A model generated the notes under the pieces. It was not told the DNA's origin, made no database searches, and saw nothing but the letters and a program-made list of their open reading frames with translations. From Octopus sinensis (Eukaryota), in contig NW_021836044.1 of assembly GCF_006345805.1 (NCBI RefSeq), forward strand, positions 1 through 25,483: a stretch of DNA of 25,483 nt. Direction: 5' to 3'. Within the stretch, counting starts at the first letter, position 1. Each line of letters starts with the position of its first letter. A program made the translations under genes and the position numbers. Shown piece after piece: positions 23,535 through 25,483 of this stretch.

Positions 23535-23621
23535 AGCAACTGAAGTGGAAGCGGAAAATATATATTCGAATAATATCGTCACATCCATTCTATCTGTAAA
23601 CCTGAAATACTTACTGTACTT
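23535..23621 (+). CDS. Candidate extra 87-nt phase 2-2 exon with an atypical LRR-like peptide (ATEVEAENIYSNNIVTSILSVNLKYLLY(L))
   Basis: About 130 nt of AG-free pyrimidine-rich sequence ends in taatAG at 23534. The exon ends TT|GTAAGC like the other exons, is frame-preserving and has no stop. A paralog sits at 25235-25326. Confidence 0.35.
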
Positions 23622-24621
23622 GTAAGCTGGAATATTTGGCCTGATACAATTAAACTGCTGATATATTTCTTGTAAGCGTGTGTTTTCTAAAATTCTTGTG
23701 ACAATGAAGCGATATGAAATAAATAATCACTCTCACCATATTTCCACACAGGTGAGTGAGAATATGTGTGATTGTGAGTGTGTGTATCACCTTACGTCGT
23801 TGATATTATCAATATAAGTATGTGTATGAGTGCATTTGGATATGTTGATTTCTGAAACCGTATATTCCCTGACCTTTAGCCAAGTTCTCTCCTTCAAAAC
23901 GTTTGTTCCCTGTCCCTGAAATATCTCCTTTTTTTCTTTGACTACATTTTCTCTTTCACCTTCTTGAACACCATGATTTTCAATGTGTCTTCTTCTTCTT
24001 CTTTTTCTTCTCTTCTTCTCCTTTTCTTCTTCTTTTCTTCTTCTTCTCCTCCTCCTTCTTCTTCTTCTACTTCCTTTTTCTCTTCTTCTTCTTCTTCTCC
24101 TTCAACTTTTCTTCTTCTTCTTCTTCTTCTTCTTCTTCTTCTTCTTCTTCTTCTCTTATTTCATAAACTTACTCCCGTCTTTTCTGCTTCGTCAGTTTTC
24201 TCCTTTTTCTTTCTCTTCTACTCTTTTCTGCTATTCTCATTCTCCTCCTGCCCATTCTGCACCTCTTCTCTTCTCTCCACCCCTCTCTTCCTCCAATCTC
24301 CTTTTCCTCCTCCTCCACGCCTTCTCCACTTCCCCCGCCCCCTACAAATCACCTTTCCCACCTCCTCATCACCTCATCCCCTTCTACCCCTCCTCCTTCT
24401 TCATTTTTCTTCTCATTCTCCTCCCCTTCTCGTCCTCCCCTACTCTCTTCCTCTCATCCCCGTACGTCTTCTTCTTTTCTTCTTCTTCTTCTTCTTCTTC
24501 TTCTTCTTCTTCTTCTTCATTATCCCTATTCTTTCTCTCTCTTCATTCTAAAGTCACAGTGTTTGATGTCGTATCACAAATATTTTCCATATAATCTATT
24601 TACTTTTCTTTACTGCTATAG

Positions 24622-24691
24622 ACGTCTTGGCAACAACAACATCGCAACCATCAAAGAAGGAGCATTCACGGGGCTTTCGAATTAAAGACAT
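24622..24691 (+). CDS. Second copy of the single-LRR exon, (L)RLGNNNIATIKEGAFTGLSN...; as assembled it is 70 nt with a frameshift/stop, either a pseudo-exon or homopolymer sequencing errors
   Basis: Same acceptor as the 22919 exon. Differs at its 3' end by three single-base losses, all in homopolymers (aattTaaag>aattaaag, acaTT>acaT, gtAAgt>gtagt). Confidence 0.7.
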
Positions 24692-25483
24692 GTAGTTCGT
24701 TTAGTTTCTGATACTATTTTCCGAAAGTAATAATTGATGCTGATATATAAGCTCACAAATGTATAAAATTTCAGACTGCACGAACAAAATCAATTCAAAT
24801 TTGTAGGAATGAACACGATTTAGGAAGATACAAAGAGAATATGAGAGGGCGAGACAATGTTGAAAGAAAGAGAGAGAATTTGGGGGAAAGTGTGAAATAA
24901 TGGGAAAATATAATGTTCCTTTATTGTAGTTGCTTTGTTTCAATTCGCATCTCATATAACTCATTTTTGTTCTACAAATTTCAATGATTTTAATATGAAT
25001 TTGTATTAGAAATGGTAACGTTTGTGAGTTTACATGTTTGCATCAAATATTTTTAGCTGAAGTATATGTGTATGTTCATATATAAGTTGTAGTTCTGTGT
25101 GATAGGTGAATATATATTCCTTTATTTTATATTTTACATCCTCCTCCATTTCTTATTCAATATTCTCCTTCGTGTTTCGATATTATCACACAATTTCGAA
25201 TTTTATCATTCACTTCACGTTATTTATGTAATAGAGCAACTGAAGTGGAAGCGGAAAATATATATTCGAATTTTTTAAAAAATCTAGTACACATCTATCT
25301 GTAAACCTGAAATACTTACTGTACTTGTAAGCTGAATATTTGACCTGATACAATTAAACTGCTGATATATTTCTTGTGAGCGTGTTGTTTTTCTAATATT
25401 TTGTGACAATGAAAGCGCTAATGAAAATAAATAATCTCTCTCACCATATTTCCACACAGGTGAGTGAGAATATGTGTGATTGT

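Larger units (their letters stand above)
22837..25483 (+). repeat. Tandem ~1.7-kb exon-intron unit (22837-23775 aligns to 24542-25483), each copy carrying one LRR exon
   Basis: Colinear high-identity alignment by eye with offset 1703-1708. Each unit is preceded by a TTC/CT-rich tract. The second unit is cut by the window end. Confidence 0.95.

Noticed and set aside
1-25483. CRISPR arrays, tRNA/rRNA genes, prokaryotic operons
   Set aside because: The DNA is eukaryotic with no regular repeat-spacer pattern; the tRNA-like A/B boxes belong to SINEs.

Overview
This is AT-rich, microsatellite-dense eukaryotic DNA, most likely an octopod cephalopod (inferred from tRNA-derived SINEs and MITEs resembling the abundant Octopus families). 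Most ORFs in the track are microsatellite or retroelement artefacts. The one real gene is the 5' part of a + strand secreted or cell-surface leucine-rich-repeat (LRR) gene. It has a signal-peptide/LRRNT exon (18689-18899) and 72-nt phase-2/phase-2 single-LRR exons carried in ~1.7-kb tandem intron-exon units (22919-22990 and 24622-24691; the array runs off the window). The two LRR copies differ almost only at the concave-face LxLxxN positions, a variable-receptor-like signature. Upstream lies an old ~9.2-9.8-kb-period duplication filled with Tx1/L1 LINE, Penelope-like element (PLE), SINE, MITE and Helitron-like fragments. It also holds a ~537-bp-arm near-perfect inverted repeat and five type I hammerhead-ribozyme motifs: two intact ones in the inverted arms, one near-intact and two decayed. 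All calls were made by eye, with no database search or folding program.
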